A stretch of DNA of 64,000 nt from Gnetum montanum (Eukaryota; Plantae; Gnetophyta), in the NCBI GenBank assembly GCA_015680685.1, contig MNCI01002555.1, positions 504,356 through 568,355 of the forward strand. Direction: 5' to 3'. Shown here in pieces: positions 61,301 through 64,000 of the stretch (position 1 is its first letter; each line of letters starts with the position of its first letter). A program made the position numbers and the translations under genes. The notes under the pieces were generated by a model. It was given only the letters and a program-made list of their open reading frames with translations. It searched no databases and was not told the origin of the DNA.

Positions 61301-63658
61301 CAGGTCAGAATCCTTATTATTGCAATAATGGACACATACTATAATATGTGTTTTTGCTATGTTCTTAATGGGTAAAGCCCTAGACTAGTATCGAGCCCTC
61401 CCACGTGCTTCCATTTCAACTTTGAAAGAGCTATTAACCCAGTTTGTGACTCGCTTCAAATACAACCTGAAGCCAGAAGTCACACTAGACCAGCTCATGG
61501 GAGTCAAACAAGACCCGCTTGAGTCGGTTCAAAAGTTCATACAACGTTGGAGCGCCACCTTGAACGAGATCTGCGAACCCATCGCGGAGGCCCATCTATT
61601 GGCAATCTTCAAGGGAGCGGTAAACAATTTTATCAAGTCTAAGCTGTATTACCTCGCTCCCTATTCCCTCAGCCAAGCCTTTGCTAAGACTAAGAGCATC
61701 CAAGATGCAGTGGAGGCTAGTAAAGATCCGGCGTATGTAGTCTACAAAAATGCCCACAGGAAAGGTGAGGACAAAGGAAAAACCATAACAACGATAGTTG
61801 CGGCGGTTTTTGAGGGGTTCAAAAAGAAGAACAATAACAAGAAAATTCTTGCAGAGCTTGCTAAGCTAACAACTAGCTCGAATAGTGCTAGCCAAGAAAC
61901 CCCTTCCACCCTTGAAGCACCTTCACAGCTGAGGCCAAAATTTGAGCGTAAGGATCGCTCAAACTATGCAACCTTACCTGTAAAGGCTTCTGAAGTCCTC
62001 AAACAATTACTAGGAACTGGCCATATTTGACACAAAACGATGTTCAAGAAGGCTCTGAAACACCACATATGCCATTGTGAGCTACTCAAGAACCCTTCTT
62101 TGGCCCAACCTAATGAATCGCCAGTTCCTAAAAACTTTAAGTTAGACCGGTTCTGCTACTACCACCAATTGTGTGGCCATGACACAGACTACTGTTGGGC
62201 ATTGAAAGATGACATTCAGCATATGATAGATCAAGGTAACCTGATCCTAGACAACAGTAGCCCGACATGTCTGGAAAACTAGGCCATGCATGTATACCAA
62301 GACCCGTTGAATGCAAATAACATAGGGTACATAATCAACGTGGTAGGGGCAGAGGGTGATAATCAGGTGTAGTAGAAACAACCTTTCATTTTGTGAGTGC
62401 ATCCTCACTCAGCCCAAATAATAGGTCCATTAGTGCTGACAAGTGGCATTCCAAGGCAGCCTTTCATCCTTCGAACTCCATCTCAGAATACTTCTCGATA
62501 GACCCCTATTAATAAAGTCGTGGCCCAACCCACGTCCACATCCAGGGCATCCTTAGTCATCAAGGTGCCAAAACCATCAACTATTCCTCCTGTGTAGGGG
62601 CAATCTTCTAAATCAACCTCTCGTACTATTGACACAACCAAGGACCCTCGTACGCTGGGGTTTCCAAAACCTCAACCCCTCGCTTCTGTACCCTTGGCCC
62701 CACTTACTAAAAATGACAAGGTCATGCGAACGCAACTATCTCCTCTTGGCCAAAGGAAATGCAATCCTTGGCCAAATGTCACTCCTCCCAATGAAATTTT
62801 CCTCTTAGGGCGAATGGAGGAAGAAAAGGGTGACAAACAGCCCGATCGTGGGCGAGATCTCTTTGATGCCCTAGCATAGGTCAAACAGGCTCTAAAACAA
62901 AAACAGACAACATTGAGCCTTTACGACTTGCTCATGATGTCGCAGACACGTCGTGAGGCTATGGTTCGCATGCTAACATCTATACCTGTGGATGAAACCT
63001 TGCCGACGGATGAAGAAGTAATCCATTATATCATGCTTTCCCCCACCACTAAAAAAAATAATCCTACCCCGTTGACCTTTCACAATGAATCCATCAAGGA
63101 CAATCCTGAAGGTCAGGTGACAATGGTGCCTATGTTCATCACCATCTAGGTTAGCCAACATCGAATACGGAGGGTACATGTAGATGATGGGGCGACCACT
63201 AATGTCATCCCTTATCCCATAGTGGATTAATTAGGCTTGATCGATTAGATTAGTCCCACAACGATGTCATGCCTAAAGTCGTTCAACAGGGCATGAGTGT
63301 AGGTCAAAGGGATGGTTCACATCAACTTTGTGGTAGGGGACCAGTTCTCCACAGACGTTACGTTTATCATTGGTGAGGAGATGCCTGGATTCAATTTGAT
63401 CCTTGGGAGGTCTTGGTTAGCCTAACTGAGGGTAGTTTCATCACCCATCCATCAGGAAATCCATTTGCCTTACGCAGGAGGAGAAGTGGTTATCCGCAGT
63501 GACGAAATAACCCCTCAGGCTGTTAATAACATAGAGATAGAACAAGGGTCGAAAATTGAAATGCCTGAGAATCAATCCCCTGTCCAAATACCTGAGCAAG
63601 CCAAGATAGTGGCTGATGATAGCCTAACTTGGGCTGAGCTACTATTCCAAGGAGAAGA
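58400..63658 (+). mobile_element. Element D: 5' part of a Tat-type element (LTR 58400-59767, PBS 59774-59790, gag-PR ~60040-63658)
   Basis: Starts TGAAACAC; PBS TGGTGGTAGAAGGAGGG; KYNGEGDPNAHL, CYYHQLCGHDTDYC, VHVDDGATTNV. Confidence 0.88.
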
Positions 63659-63716
63659 NATCTTTGATGGTGCATAAGGACGGGGAGATTTACAGTCCTT
63701 TTCCTTCGCGTCACCA

Positions 63717-64000
63717 TCTTCTCCTTGGAATAGTAGCTCAGCCCAAGTTAGGCTATCATCAGCCACTATCTTGGCTTGCTCAGGTATTTGGACAGGGGAT
63801 TGATTCTCAGGCATTTCAATTTTCGACCCTTGTTCTATCTCTATGTTATTAACAGCCTGAGGGGTTATTTCGTCACTGCGGATAACCACTTCTCCTCCTG
63901 CGTAAGGCAAATGGATTTCCTGATGGATGGGTGATGAAACTACCCTCAGTTAGGCTAACCAAGACCTCCCAAGGATCAAATTGAATCCAGGCATCTCCTC
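63717..64000 (-). other. Inverted duplicate of 63375-63658 next to an N; probable assembly artefact
   Basis: Apparently exact reverse complement; single N at 63659. Confidence 0.85.

Overview
Repeat-rich plant nuclear DNA with no recognisable host gene; the lineage cannot be determined from sequence alone. 1-15 kb is AT-rich and holds two tRNA-derived SINE families, a ~160-bp RTE-derived mini-element, decayed LINE fragments and one full-length L1-type LINE (3733-9153, minus strand, 18-bp TSD, no poly(A) tail). 15-64 kb is a nest of related Ty3/gypsy Tat-type LTR retrotransposons, all on the + strand; A and B show the RT-RH-aRH-INT order, and A, C and D have a tRNA-Asn PBS. Element A (15539-33130, TSD CTTGT) is complete and sits inside an older relative, B; C and D are 5' parts. 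The main finding is that element A carries, between protease and RT, an antisense 8-exon gene (~1060 codons) with its own TATA box. It encodes an FCP1/NIF-type HAD phosphatase-like domain with a substituted active site, a plant retrotransposon accessory domain and a coiled-coil. Homologous exons occur in B and C, so this is an inherited family module. Family-specific short motifs cluster in the LTRs and around the antisense promoter. All copies are pseudogenised, mainly by C>T/G>A changes. Domain calls are by-eye motif recognition, not database searches.
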